From the IMG/VR virus record IMGVR_UViG_3300045988_023617: a DNA stretch of 18,844 nucleotides; one strand, 5' to 3'. The stretch's first letter is position 1. The number at the start of each line of letters is the position of its first letter. The stretch comes from a virus. Positions 18,633 through 18,844 of this stretch are shown here, piece after piece. Made by a program: the position numbers and the translations under genes. The notes under the pieces were generated by a model that was given only the letters and a program-made list of their open reading frames with translations, was not told the DNA's origin and ran no database searches.

Positions 18633-18844
18633 TTTATTTTTTTCCTTTCCCTATCGGTTGATACTCACATCATACCACACACCAAAAACAACACACCCAA
18701 AACACACAAAAAAACAACACAAAAAAACCCCACCACAACCACAACCACCAACAATACAAGCAAGAACACACAACGCAAAAGAAAACACAAACACATAACA
18801 GAGCGGTTGTGGAAAAAGGCTAGTGGCTGGGGCCCCTCCCCTCC
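18629..18844. repeat. Right inverted terminal repeat (216 bp)
   Basis: Exact reverse complement of 1..216. It contains the mirror copies of the extended -10 box, the SD-like GGAAAGG and the ATG that opens ORF 18375..18632 (-). Confidence 0.97.
18669..18677 (-). promoter_or_regulatory. Extended -10 promoter (TGGTATGAT on the minus strand) inside the right ITR, firing inward
   Basis: Mirror copy of 168-176, with the same distance to the ATG of the right terminal gene. Confidence 0.5.

Overview
The window reads as one complete linear genome (18,844 bp) of a small phi29-like, protein-primed podophage, not as a chromosomal fragment. Bases 1-216 are the exact reverse complement of 18629-18844, giving perfect 216-bp inverted terminal repeats (ITRs). 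All genes but one are on the + strand. In order they are: left-end early ORFans; a replication module syntenic with phi29 genes 6-5-3-2 (p6-like small protein with acidic tail, p5-like SSB, basic putative terminal protein, family-B protein-primed DNA polymerase); scaffold; gp8-like capsid protein with C-terminal Ig-like domain; gp9-like tail knob; gp10-like portal; gp11-like lower collar; four appendage genes, one carrying a GDPD phosphodiesterase domain; a CHAP + gp13-type lysozyme tail lysin; gp16-like packaging ATPase; holin; amidase_2 endolysin; a bidirectional terminator; and one inward-facing minus-strand gene at the right end. Five observations stand out. (1) The ITRs carry a promoter, SD and the ATG for both terminal genes, plus a ~120-nt G/T-only tract and a terminal GGAGG-GGAGG reiteration. 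(2) TGnTATAAT extended -10 boxes sit on or near stop codons across the genome; three lie exactly 6 nt from SD-less ATGs (candidate leaderless portal, tail lysin and ATPase genes). (3) A structured ~170-nt non-coding region between the polymerase and scaffold genes is a packaging-RNA candidate. (4) Three translationally coupled appendage genes share one N-terminal module. (5) The polymerase is compact and its exonuclease region looks non-canonical. All calls come from by-eye motif and homology recognition; no database search or folding program was run.
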